A stretch of 64,000 bases of DNA, taken from contig JBEKYR010000002.1 in assembly GCA_049510745.1 (NCBI GenBank), positions 96,001 to 160,000 on the forward strand, written 5' to 3'. Shown piece after piece: positions 18,845-27,923 of the stretch (position 1 is its first letter; the number at the start of each line of letters is the position of its first letter). Below the pieces are notes generated by a model. The model was not told where the DNA came from and did not search any database. It was given only the letters and a program-made list of their open reading frames with translations. Source of the DNA: Verrucomicrobiota bacterium (GTDB taxonomy: Bacteria > Verrucomicrobiota > Verrucomicrobiia > Limisphaerales > Palsa-1400). The position numbers and the translations under genes were made by a program.

Positions 18845-20134
18845 TCAAAGGGATCGCTTGTCAATGACACGCTTGGCCTTGCCTTCCGAGACCGGCAACG
18901 AACCGCAGGCCACCAGGTCCACCTTCGGCCGAATCCACAGTTCGGCCCGCAGCTTTTCCGCCACCTCTTCCTGCAGTTCAGTCAGGTGCCCGACCTGCCC
19001 GTCGAAACCCGAGGGCGACAATTCCACCTTCACCGTCATCTCGTCCAGGCCCTCCAGTTGGATCAGGTAGTTGCGCCCAATCTGCGGGATCGACATCAGC
19101 ACCCGCTCGATTTGTTGCGGGAATATATTCACCCCGCGCACGATCAACATGTCGTCCGACCGCCCGGTGATGCGGTGGACGCGCCGGTGAGTGCGCCCGC
19201 AGGCGCAAGGGCCGGGGATGAGTGACGTGAGGTCGCGCGTTCGATAGCGCAACAACGGCATCGCTTCGCGGTTGATGCTGGTCAAGACCAATTCGCCGGT
19301 CTCCCCCTCGCTTACCGGTTCGCACGTCACCGGGTTGATGATCTCCAGGACGAAATTGTCCTCCCACACGTGCAGGCCGCATTTGCCCTCGCACTCGAAC
19401 GCCACGCCGGGTCCGTTCATTTCGGTCAAGCCGTACGAGTTATAGACGTCAATTCCCAGCGCCGCTTCGATCTTGCGCCTGGTTTCTTCCGTGTAAGGCT
19501 CGGCGCCCACAAACGCCTTCCGCAACGCCAGGTCCTTTCGCGGGTCAACCCCCTTTTTCTCCAGAAAATCGGCGAAGTAAAACGCGTAGCTGGGCGTGAC
19601 GTGGATCACCGTCGTTCTGAAGTCCTGCATGAGCAGCAACTGGCGTTCGGAGGTCCCCGGCCCGGCCGGGATCACCATGCAGCCCACTTTCTCCGCCCCG
19701 TAGTGCATCACCAAGCCGCCCGTGAAAAGTCCGTAGCTCATCATGTTCTGGAACACGTCGCGCCGCGTCACCCCTGTCATGCATAAGGCGCGGGCGATCA
19801 GTTCCGCCGCCGTGTCCACATCGCGCCTGGAGAAAAACAACGCCTTTGGTTTTCCCGTTGTGCCGCTGGAGGTGTGGAGCCGGAGCACTTCGTCCCGCGA
19901 AACGGCCAGCAATCCATCCGGGTAATTCTCCCTCAAATCCGCCGCGGTGGTGAAGGGGAGCCGCCGCATGTCGGCCGCCGATTTTATCTCCTCCGGCTTG
20001 AGGCCCGTCTCCAGGAACTTCCCGCGATAAAACGGCACCCGCTCCAACCTGCGGAGGGTTTCCCGCAGTCGTTTGAGTTGCAGAGCATCGAGCGCCGGCC
20101 GGTCCAGCGTTTCCATTTCCTGCTGCCAAAACAT
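18845..20134 (-). CDS. paaK: Phenylacetate--CoA ligase
   Basis: HTSSGTTGKP, YGLFTGG, YGLTEMNGPG, PLLRYRTRD, GRSDDMLIVRGVNIFPQQIE, EGKAKRVIDKR. Confidence 0.92.
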   Translation of the reverse strand: MFWQQEMETLDRPALDALQLKRLRETLRRLERVPFYRGKFLETGLKPEEIKSAADMRRLPFTTAADLRENYPDGLLAVSRDEVLRLHTSSGTTGKPKALFFSRRDVDTAAELIARALCMTGVTRRDVFQNMMSYGLFTGGLVMHYGAEKVGCMVIPAGPGTSERQLLLMQDFRTTVIHVTPSYAFYFADFLEKKGVDPRKDLALRKAFVGAEPYTEETRRKIEAALGIDVYNSYGLTEMNGPGVAFECEGKCGLHVWEDNFVLEIINPVTCEPVSEGETGELVLTSINREAMPLLRYRTRDLTSLIPGPCACGRTHRRVHRITGRSDDMLIVRGVNIFPQQIERVLMSIPQIGRNYLIQLEGLDEMTVKVELSPSGFDGQVGHLTELQEEVAEKLRAELWIRPKVDLVACGSLPVSEGKAKRVIDKRSL

Positions 20135-20207
20135 TGAATTAGGCGCGATGATATAACTTGCTTTTATCTGATGCAACACTTATTTTTGGCCTTCTAAAAG
20201 GCACAAT

Positions 20208-21833
20208 ATGGATGATGGAAACAGGCTCCTGCTCAGCGGGGACGAAGCCATCGCGCTCGCCGGCTGGCACGCGGGCGTGGCCCTCGGCACGGGCTATCCC
20301 GGCACGCCCTCCACCGAAATTCTCGAGAATTTTTCAAGGCTCGGCGGCCGCGCCCAATGGTCCCCCAACGAAAAGGTGGCGCTGGAGGTCGCCATCGGCG
20401 CGGCCTTTGGCGGCGCCCGCGCCCTGGCCACCATGAAACATGTCGGCCTGAACGTCGCCTCCGACCCCCTGTTCACGGCGGCCTACACCGGAGTGACAGG
20501 CGCCCTGGTGATCGTCTCCGCCGATGATCCGGGAATGCACTCCAGCCAAAACGAACAGGACAACCGTCACTACGCCGTCGCCGCCGGCGTGCCCATGCTC
20601 GAGCCGTCCGATTCCCAGGAGGCTTACGATTTCCTGCGCGCCGCCATCGAAATTTCCGAGCGCTGGCAGATTCCCGTCCTGCTTCGCGCCACGACGCGGG
20701 TTTGCCACAGTTCCACGGTGGTGCGGCCGCGTCCCCAGCGCGACACTCCCAAAGCCGCGAACTTCGTCCGCGATTTGAAAGGGCGCGTGATGGTTCCCGG
20801 CTATGCGCGGCCCGCCCACCGGCGGTTGCGCCAGAAGCTTTCGGAAATGGCGGAATGGAACGAAGACTGCGCGCTCAACAGGGTTGTGCCGGGCGGCAAA
20901 TCCCTGGGCCTCATCACCTCCGGGATTTCCTTTATGCACGCCCGCGAAGCCGCGCCGGAGGCCAGCGTGCTCAAACTGGGCTTCACCCATCCTCTGCCGC
21001 TGCGCAAGATCGCCGCCTTCGCAAAAAGCGTCGAACGTTGCCTGGTGATCGAGGAAGGCGATCCGTGGCTCGTCGATGCCATCCGCGCCGCCGGCATTCC
21101 CGTCAGCGGCCAGCCGGAGATGTATCGCTTCGGGGAACTGGACGTGACGCGGGTGCGGCGCATCCTTCGCGCCGACACCAGTCCTGAACCCGCCCCGCCG
21201 CCGGGAAAACCGCCCCAACTCTGCGAGGCCTGTCCTTACCGAATCGTCTTCGAGGCGCTGCGCCGCCAGAACTGCATCGTGGCGGGCGACATTGGTTGCT
21301 ACACCCTGGGGGCGTTGCGGCCCTTCGAAGCGATGGATTCGTGCGTCTGCATGGGAGCGAGCCTGGGGGTCGGTTTGGGTTTGCGCCACGTCCTGCCGCC
21401 CGAGCAGGCCTGCCGGGTTGTCAGCGTCATCGGGGACGGCACTTTCATGCACAGCGGCATCGGCGGCTTGGTGGAAATGGCCTACAATCCCCCGCCCAAC
21501 GGCCATGTGGTGATTATTCTCGACAACTCCACCACCGCCATGACCGGCCACCAGGAACACCCCGGCACCGGCCGCAACCTCAAACATGAACCTACCGGAA
21601 AGGTCGTGCTCGAGGACATGGCCCGTTCGTGCGGGATTCGCCGCGTCCAGGTCATCGAACCTCGCGCCGGGTCGGACGCCTTTGATCGCGCCCTGATGGA
21701 AGCCCTCCAGAGCCGCGAACTGGCCGTCCTCATCGCGCGGAGGCCGTGCGTTCTCATCGCGCAAGACCTCAAGGAATATGAAAAACGCCGCCAATGCCAT
21801 GAAAACGGAGAACCCTGCGCGCCCGCCCTGTAA
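20208..21833 (+). CDS. iorA: Indolepyruvate:ferredoxin oxidoreductase subunit alpha (no C-terminal ferredoxin)
   Basis: GYPGTPSTE, MKHVGLNVASD, DDPGMHSSQNEQD, GDIGCYTLG, IGDGTFMHSG, TAMTGHQ. Confidence 0.93.
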   Translation: MDDGNRLLLSGDEAIALAGWHAGVALGTGYPGTPSTEILENFSRLGGRAQWSPNEKVALEVAIGAAFGGARALATMKHVGLNVASDPLFTAAYTGVTGALVIVSADDPGMHSSQNEQDNRHYAVAAGVPMLEPSDSQEAYDFLRAAIEISERWQIPVLLRATTRVCHSSTVVRPRPQRDTPKAANFVRDLKGRVMVPGYARPAHRRLRQKLSEMAEWNEDCALNRVVPGGKSLGLITSGISFMHAREAAPEASVLKLGFTHPLPLRKIAAFAKSVERCLVIEEGDPWLVDAIRAAGIPVSGQPEMYRFGELDVTRVRRILRADTSPEPAPPPGKPPQLCEACPYRIVFEALRRQNCIVAGDIGCYTLGALRPFEAMDSCVCMGASLGVGLGLRHVLPPEQACRVVSVIGDGTFMHSGIGGLVEMAYNPPPNGHVVIILDNSTTAMTGHQEHPGTGRNLKHEPTGKVVLEDMARSCGIRRVQVIEPRAGSDAFDRALMEALQSRELAVLIARRPCVLIAQDLKEYEKRRQCHENGEPCAPAL

Positions 21834-22317
21834 CATTGTCGTCGCCGGCCTGGGCGGCCAGGGCGTCCTGACCGCCACGGACATCATTGCGGATGTGGCG
21901 CTGCGCGCCGGCTTCGATGTCAAGAAGAGCGAAATCAAGGGCATGAGCCAGCGCGGCGGTTCGGTCACCTGCGACGTCCGCTTTGGCGCTCAAATCTTCA
22001 GCCCCATGGTGCCGGCCGGCGAGGCCGATTTTCTCCTGGCGCTCGAACCGACCCAACTGGAGCCGAACCGGCATCTGTTGCGTCCGGGCGGCCTGACGAT
22101 TGAACCCTCGGTGATTGACGCGGACAAGCTGCCGCATAAAAAGATGTTGAACGTCGCCCTGCTCGGCGCGTTGAGCGCACACCTCTCGATGGCCGAAGAA
22201 GAATGGCTCCAGGCTGTCGGCTCGGCCTTTGCGCCCAAGTTCTTCGAGGCAAACCGGCAGGCCTTCCTCCTGGGCCGCGCCAGCCAAAACAAGAGCGTCA
22301 ACGCAAACGCCGCCTGA
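21799..22317 (+). CDS. iorB: Indolepyruvate:ferredoxin oxidoreductase subunit beta
   Basis: GLGGQG, SEIKGMSQRGGSV; follows iorA. Confidence 0.9.
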   Translation: MKTENPARPPCNIVVAGLGGQGVLTATDIIADVALRAGFDVKKSEIKGMSQRGGSVTCDVRFGAQIFSPMVPAGEADFLLALEPTQLEPNRHLLRPGGLTIEPSVIDADKLPHKKMLNVALLGALSAHLSMAEEEWLQAVGSAFAPKFFEANRQAFLLGRASQNKSVNANAA

Positions 22318-22341
22318 ACCCCTGCGCCTTCCAACAGCCCG

Positions 22342-23970
22342 TCACCGCGGCAATTTGAGATACTTTTCCATCCGGCAATCGAACCCGCCGAAATCCACCG
22401 TCTGGCGGGACTGCAATTTGAGCAACGGGTGGGGCCTTTCCATGCGCAAGGGATTGGCCAGCACCAGCCTCCCGCCCGGTTTAAGCGCCTGGGCGGCGAC
22501 GCCGAACAGCTCCTCGATCAGCCGCGACAGATCGCCGGTGACAACCCGCTTTCCCATGGGCGGATTGGTGAGGATCAGGGTGACACTATTGGGTCCCAAA
22601 CCTTCGCAACGGGCGTAATCACGAAAGTCGCAGCAGGCAAACTTCACCGGGACGGGCTTGACCTTGGCGGCGGCAAAGTTGGCCCTGGCGATGGTAATGG
22701 CGGCCGCGCTGAGGTCTGTCCCATAAAGGCTCTGCACGCCGCCAAGAAGCGCGCTTTCTATCAGCTCCAACCCCGATCCGCAAAACGGGTCCCAGATGAT
22801 TTCATGCTCAACCCTTCCGGCCAGCCGCGCCAGGCAGGCGGCCAACGGCGGATGCGAGGCCGCCGGAACGTCCTCGAGCCGATAATAAAAACGCGGATCG
22901 GGCGTCAAATTCGGGCGCAACTCCACGCAATACCCGCTCCTGCCTGGGTGGATGTCAACCGTCCAGGTGACATCGCGTCCGTCGTTGAGCAGTTCCGGAC
23001 ACAGGGCATAGATCCGGGCCGCCAGCAGCCGCACCGCGCCCCTTTGATGGCCCTTGGACACAAAATTCAGGCGATACCGCGCCGCTCCCTCCGTAAAAGT
23101 CCGCAAAATCCGCCGCGTCAATTCCGACGCAATCACCGACGCCAAAGCCTCGATCCGCTCCGCCTCGTTTGAGAGAGGAACGGCGCCAAGGACAAAGCCG
23201 ACGCTGCCAAAACACCGGAACGCATAAATGTCCGCCAGCGAAAAAGGAGCGACCGGCGTGATCCCGACCAAACCGCCGCCGGTCTCCGCCACGCGGAACT
23301 TGCCGTGCCGGCGGGCGGAGGCTTCCACTTCATCGCGCACCATTCCCTCCAACCCGTTGCGTCCGCGCAGATGAATTCGCAGGCCGGCAAAATTGGAGAG
23401 GACGCTTTTCAGGCGGAGCGCGCTTGGGTTTTGCCCGCGGGCCAGCCGGGCCAGAATCTTCTGCCCCGACTGCGGAAGGAAACCCGGGTTCCCCTTCCCC
23501 ATGATTTCCAAGGTGGCCGCCCCGCCGATTTTCTCCAGGGTTTGCCCAAGGAATTTCTTCTCGCGCTCGGAGGCGGTCGTCCGCAGCACGGAAATCAATT
23601 CGGCCTCGTCGCCCGGGCCGGAGCCGATCTTGGGCAGGGCCGCCATCGCGTAACGGCGCGCCTTCTCGCAAGGATCATGCAGCAAATCCAGCAGCCACCG
23701 CCGCACCTCGTTCTTCTGTTCCACCGTGCCGGATTCGGAAACGACAACGCCCACCGCCCGGATCACGGCCACCCTCTTGCTTCGCTCCTGGGGAGCGGCT
23801 TGATCGAACCGCGCCGCCTCCACCGTCCAGAGTTGTTCCCACGGCAGGGCGCGCAACTGACGGTAAAGTTCCTTGTCAGGGTTTCGTTCTCCACTTTTCA
23901 TGCGGGAATTGCGTTCAGGGTGCGGCGGCCGCAAAAACGGGCGCTCGTCTTGTGGCATCTTATTTTCCAA
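22342..23970 (-). CDS. HEAT-repeat plus class I SAM methyltransferase (UPF0020/RlmL-Trm11-like)
   Basis: HEAT-like 'LLHDPCEKARRYAMAALPKIG'; MTase 'WDPFCGSG' and 'TNPPMG'; start uncertain. Confidence 0.75.
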   Translation of the reverse strand: MENKMPQDERPFLRPPHPERNSRMKSGERNPDKELYRQLRALPWEQLWTVEAARFDQAAPQERSKRVAVIRAVGVVVSESGTVEQKNEVRRWLLDLLHDPCEKARRYAMAALPKIGSGPGDEAELISVLRTTASEREKKFLGQTLEKIGGAATLEIMGKGNPGFLPQSGQKILARLARGQNPSALRLKSVLSNFAGLRIHLRGRNGLEGMVRDEVEASARRHGKFRVAETGGGLVGITPVAPFSLADIYAFRCFGSVGFVLGAVPLSNEAERIEALASVIASELTRRILRTFTEGAARYRLNFVSKGHQRGAVRLLAARIYALCPELLNDGRDVTWTVDIHPGRSGYCVELRPNLTPDPRFYYRLEDVPAASHPPLAACLARLAGRVEHEIIWDPFCGSGLELIESALLGGVQSLYGTDLSAAAITIARANFAAAKVKPVPVKFACCDFRDYARCEGLGPNSVTLILTNPPMGKRVVTGDLSRLIEELFGVAAQALKPGGRLVLANPLRMERPHPLLKLQSRQTVDFGGFDCRMEKYLKLPR

Positions 23971-24011
23971 TCATGCCTTGAACATAAAATGTCGCCACCG
24001 CGGAAGCCACC

Positions 24012-24166
24012 CCCAAATCTCGTAAGAACCGTTGCAGAGTTCATCCCGGGAGCGCACGCGCCCCCGCGTGCAGCGGTCGGCGCCCCCGCCGACCACTTCT
24101 TCGCTCTCCTATCCAAATTGCATGGGTCATCGCCCGGCGGCAAGGCCGCGTTAGGCGAGAGTTCTG
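24012..24166. repeat. MITE/REP-like element, copy 1
   Basis: Core taagaaccgttgcag...aaggccgcgtta (24023-24153) is shared with 26159-26288. Confidence 0.85.
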
Positions 24167-24282
24167 AGCCATCTCATAATTCGCCGGCCCGGCGCATCGC
24201 CCGTCTTGCGTGACGAAAAAACTCAATTTTTTGACGCAAATTCTCAGTGACGGAACGGCCTTGTCGTGCTAGATTGAGGGTG

Positions 24283-25152
24283 ATGCTCAACGATTCAAAC
24301 GACAGACGCTCGCGCCACGCGGGGTTCACATTGATCGAATTGCTGGTGGTGATCGCCATCATCGCCATCCTGGCCGCGATGCTGCTGCCCGCGCTGGCCC
24401 TGGCGAAAAAGAAGGCGCAGGAAGACTCCTGCATCAACAACCAAAAGCAAATCAATTTGGCCCATTCCATGTACACCACCGATAACCGGGATTTGATGGT
24501 ATGCATGACTATGCCCACGTACACCCGTAACGCCGGGGGATACTGGGTCGCTTCCAATGATGTTATCACTGCTGTCAGCGCGACCCGCGGGTCGCCCCAA
24601 GTCGCGATGACAACGGTCCAAGCCGCGCTCAAGGGGTCCGGCAATGCCTTGGGCTTTTATTGTCCGAATGCCACCTCATTCCATTGCCCCGGCGATACCC
24701 GTTTCATGCGGCAGGTGGGAACCGAAGCCGGAGGCGGCTGGGCCTTTGACAGTTATTCCAAAACCCAGAATGTGGGGGGCGAGAGCTACAATGATTATTG
24801 GGGCTGTGGCAACACCTACTTCAAGGCGTCCCTGGTGACCACGCCCGCCATGACTTTTCTCTTTATCGAAGACACCGACTATCGCGGCTACAACGACGGC
24901 ACTTGGGTTGTGAACTGGAATTTGACAGCGGGCTCCTTCACGTGGGAGGACCCCCCCGCGATGTACCACGTGAATGTGGACACCTCCAGCATGGTGGACG
25001 GACACGTGGAAACGCACAAGTGGACCGACCCCGCGGTTGTTAAGGCCGGCACCCTCGCCGCCCAAGGCCAGGATGAAACCGGCCCCGCCACCACGAAAGA
25101 CGCGGATTATCAATTCGTCCACGACCGCTATCGATTTCCGGGCTGGAAATAG
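24283..25152 (+). CDS. Prepilin-type N-terminal cleavage/methylation protein with H-X9-DG C-terminal motif
   Basis: [41 protein letters not shown]. Confidence 0.92.
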   Translation: MLNDSNDRRSRHAGFTLIELLVVIAIIAILAAMLLPALALAKKKAQEDSCINNQKQINLAHSMYTTDNRDLMVCMTMPTYTRNAGGYWVASNDVITAVSATRGSPQVAMTTVQAALKGSGNALGFYCPNATSFHCPGDTRFMRQVGTEAGGGWAFDSYSKTQNVGGESYNDYWGCGNTYFKASLVTTPAMTFLFIEDTDYRGYNDGTWVVNWNLTAGSFTWEDPPAMYHVNVDTSSMVDGHVETHKWTDPAVVKAGTLAAQGQDETGPATTKDADYQFVHDRYRFPGWK

Positions 25153-25247
25153 CGGTCACGATTCCCGGCTTTTTTTCTTGTTCCGGGACCGCCGTTGCTG
25201 CGAAGCTGCCGGTCGGACGTTCGAGGTTTGATAAACAGTTTCCGCCC

Positions 25248-25904
25248 CTATCGAGCGCCCCCCGCCCCCGCCAGCAACGCGGCGAAGAGCGCCGGCTTGT
25301 CCCGCAGATGCTTGCGCGTTCCCAGGCGGGTGATCAGGCCAAACCCTTCTCCGTAGGCCCGCCCGTTGACCACGCAGGCGTCGGTTTGATTCTCCGCCAA
25401 CTGCTCCCTGGCCCGCGCCACGGCCTGGGCGCGCCCTCCTTCCAATTCGTACTTCCAGCCTGTCAAATACGCGCCGGGAAACCAGGCCCGCAACTCGGAA
25501 ATGATTTTGGCCGCCGGACGCAACTCGGCCAGGATCGCGCCGTCCCGCGTGGAAATCTTCGGCGACCGGATTTCGCGCAGCGCTCCGCCGTCCGTCCGCG
25601 ACCAGATTTTTCCGAACGCGAAATCCCCGACCGCCGCGGCATGAAACACCGCGTCCGCCCCCCGCGCCGCCAGGCGCCGCAAACGCCGCCGCAAATCGGC
25701 GCTGGTGGTGAACACCTGTGTGCGCCGGGCCGCCGGCTCCAGGCGGCACGTGGCATAGTGGCCGCGCAAGAATTCGACCTCGTGCCCGCGTTCCGTCAGG
25801 AAGGCGGCTAGCTCGGCGCCGAGGGTGCCGGTCGAGAAATTGGTCAGCCGCCGGACCTCGTCCAGTTCCTCGTAAGTCGGCCCCGCCGTGACAATGCACT
25901 TCAT
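25248..25904 (-). CDS. Stand-alone phosphopantothenate--cysteine ligase domain (CoaB-like)
   Basis: VTAGPTYEELDEVRRLTNFSTG, FHAAAVGDF, GWKYE. Confidence 0.85.
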   Translation of the reverse strand: MKCIVTAGPTYEELDEVRRLTNFSTGTLGAELAAFLTERGHEVEFLRGHYATCRLEPAARRTQVFTTSADLRRRLRRLAARGADAVFHAAAVGDFAFGKIWSRTDGGALREIRSPKISTRDGAILAELRPAAKIISELRAWFPGAYLTGWKYELEGGRAQAVARAREQLAENQTDACVVNGRAYGEGFGLITRLGTRKHLRDKPALFAALLAGAGGAR

Positions 25905-26135
25905 GCCAAGACCCACACTACCAAAATCCCGCCCGCTGCAAACATTGAACATTGAACCGGGTGCGATCACCCCGATCCTCAGCGGCTTTTTCAGTAACCC
26001 ATATTCGGTAGGGACGCGGTGCCCCGCGTCCGCTGACGTCTCACCCGCCGGCGGAACTCGTTCCGCAACGCATTTCACCCCAGGGTGAACAGAATGAACA
26101 CGTCGCTCAAGCTTTCGGCCCGGAGTCCGGCCTAT

Positions 26136-26309
26136 TCAACTGTCCCAGAACTCTCGCCTAAGAACCGTTGCAGTACGTCCCCGGGAGAGCGCGCGCCCTC
26201 GCGTGCGGCGGTCGGCGCCCTCGCCGACCGCTTCTTCGCTCTCCTATCCAAATTGTATAGGTCATCGCTCGGCGGTAAGGCCGCGTTACGAGATTTGGGA
26301 CTGTATTGA
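26136..26309. repeat. MITE/REP-like element, copy 2, with imperfect terminal inverted repeats
   Basis: Same core as 24023-24153; ends tcaactgtcccagaactctcg ... cgagatttgggactgtattga. Confidence 0.85.
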
Positions 26310-26351
26310 GGGCTTGGTTTTGGGTGCCGGCAGCGACATTATTCCTCGCAA

Positions 26352-26885
26352 ATGGTTTCTGATTTGGAGGAACAACTGAAACGTCTGTCGAGTTTTGAGA
26401 CGGACCCAGAATCAAGATTTCTATTTTCCGTTTTGGCGGCCCTCTACAAGACCGAGCGAGTGTTGATGTTTTATTGCGTTGCTCCAGAACGTCGCACTAA
26501 AGTGGACTTGAAGCCGTATGTTGGGGCGCTGTCCGCGCTGTGCCGGGAACACGGCAAGAATCTCGAAGGAGTGGCCGAGTTCCAAAGCATGCAACGGCTG
26601 CTGGACCGACAGCCGGAGAGAGACGTTAAACCAGACGAGTTCGTCGAGGGGTTCGAGAGTGTGAAACGTTTCAGTCAGTGGCTCCTTGCCACCTTCCGCG
26701 AGGCCTGCGGGCCGGCTTGTGCCCACCCTGAAAAGAATTTGAACAGCCTGTGCGAACGATGCCATGCGAATGCAACCGTGCATACGTCAATCGTGTCCGC
26801 CAGTGGGATCGAGTGGCATGAGTTTTGTGAGTCATGCCACCGCGAGATCAAGCAAGAAGAAACGGATGGGGGCACAAACCACTGA
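26352..26885 (+). CDS. Hypothetical protein with C-terminal CxxC..CxxC zinc motif
   Basis: 177-aa ORF; LCERCHANATVH...FCESCH resembles the McsA N-terminal zinc ribbon. Confidence 0.55.
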   Translation: MVSDLEEQLKRLSSFETDPESRFLFSVLAALYKTERVLMFYCVAPERRTKVDLKPYVGALSALCREHGKNLEGVAEFQSMQRLLDRQPERDVKPDEFVEGFESVKRFSQWLLATFREACGPACAHPEKNLNSLCERCHANATVHTSIVSASGIEWHEFCESCHREIKQEETDGGTNH

Positions 26886-27099
26886 AAGTGAAAGGTCAGG
26901 CCTGAAAGGCTCGTGAAAGTGAAAGTGAAAGGGCCGGTCCTGGGAACTTGGTATCCCTTCATTTCGTGGCGGAAAACCAGCGGGCGGCCGGCGGGAAAAT
27001 CAAAAATACAATCTTTTTGCCCGCATTTTTTTGCCATCTCTTTCCCGGTCTCGCGCGGGCTGCCCGGCACGGATACAGCCGCCCACGGAAATTCATAAC

Positions 27100-27260
27100 T
27101 CCTTGCAGTGCAATATCCCAAAATTGCTCATTTCTGAGAAAACTTTCTCACCACGAAGCGCGCGAACACGAAGTTCTGAATAGGCCCATCTGGATGGTTT
27201 TATCCGTGTTAATCCGTGTCCATCCGTGGTTGAAAATTTGGTTGCGGCTGCCGCGCTGCG
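27100..27260. repeat. ~160-bp dispersed repeat, also at 53680-53842
   Basis: Shared gctcatttctgagaaaact...ggcccatctggatggttttatccgtgt...ggttgcggctgccgcgctgcg. Confidence 0.9.
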
Positions 27261-27302
27261 GCTTCGCGCCTTGCGCCCTTTGCGTTTCGTCTGAAAAAAC
27301 TC

Positions 27303-27331
27303 TTGCATAATACATAAAACAATGGTAATAT
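27303..27331 (+). promoter_or_regulatory. Sigma70-like promoter TTGCAT-N17-TAATAT (TGn-extended)
   Basis: Correct spacing; a related sequence lies at 53950-53977. Confidence 0.45.
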
Positions 27332-27470
27332 CTCCTTCGATGAAACTCGGAATCATCACATGGGGGAGGACGCGGTTCGGCTCCAGGCGGTCCGCCGGCA
27401 ACCCGCCGGCCGGCATCCGGGCCGCCGTTCCACCGGCAGATTTTGCCGGTCCGGCCCCTCCAGCAGATTC

Positions 27471-27553
27471 AATCGGGCTGAATCGTGCCTAATCGTGCCT
27501 AATCGTGCCTAATCGTGCCAAAAATAAAAAAATCTCAACCACGATTGATGAAT
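27471..27553. repeat. 10-bp tandem repeat (aatcgtgcct, 4-5 units) with A-tract tail
   Basis: Tail aaaaatctcaaccacgattgat is shared with the array at 54101-54273. Confidence 0.9.
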
Positions 27554-27640
27554 CTTACGCTAAAGAATAATCCGTTTTTGGGCCTTCCCCACTTTCACCC
27601 CGAAGAATTTCCGGGCTGCATCCCCATGGCCGCTCCGAGT

Positions 27641-27677
27641 GGATTCGACCAAATTCGACCAAATTCGACCAAAAAAA
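27641..27677. repeat. 10-bp tandem repeat (aaattcgacc, 3 units) with A-tract
   Basis: ggattcgacc aaattcgacc aaattcgacc aaaaaaa. Confidence 0.75.
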
Positions 27678-27923
27678 CATTAGTCGGAACTTTCAACTCG
27701 TGTCCGCCATCCTGTCCGTATAGCTGATTCACTGATTCAAACCTCACCCCTTCCCGTCTTTCCTGGCCACCACCGCCTTCGGCAGAATCAGAACAACGCA
27801 AGGGCCGAGAGACGCAAAGGCGCCAAGAGAAACTCAGAAATGTCGCCAGCACCCCCAGTCGTCGCCTATGACGGAATCTCACTCGAAACCGTAAAATTGA
27901 CAGATAGCTTTAATCGCCCCGCC

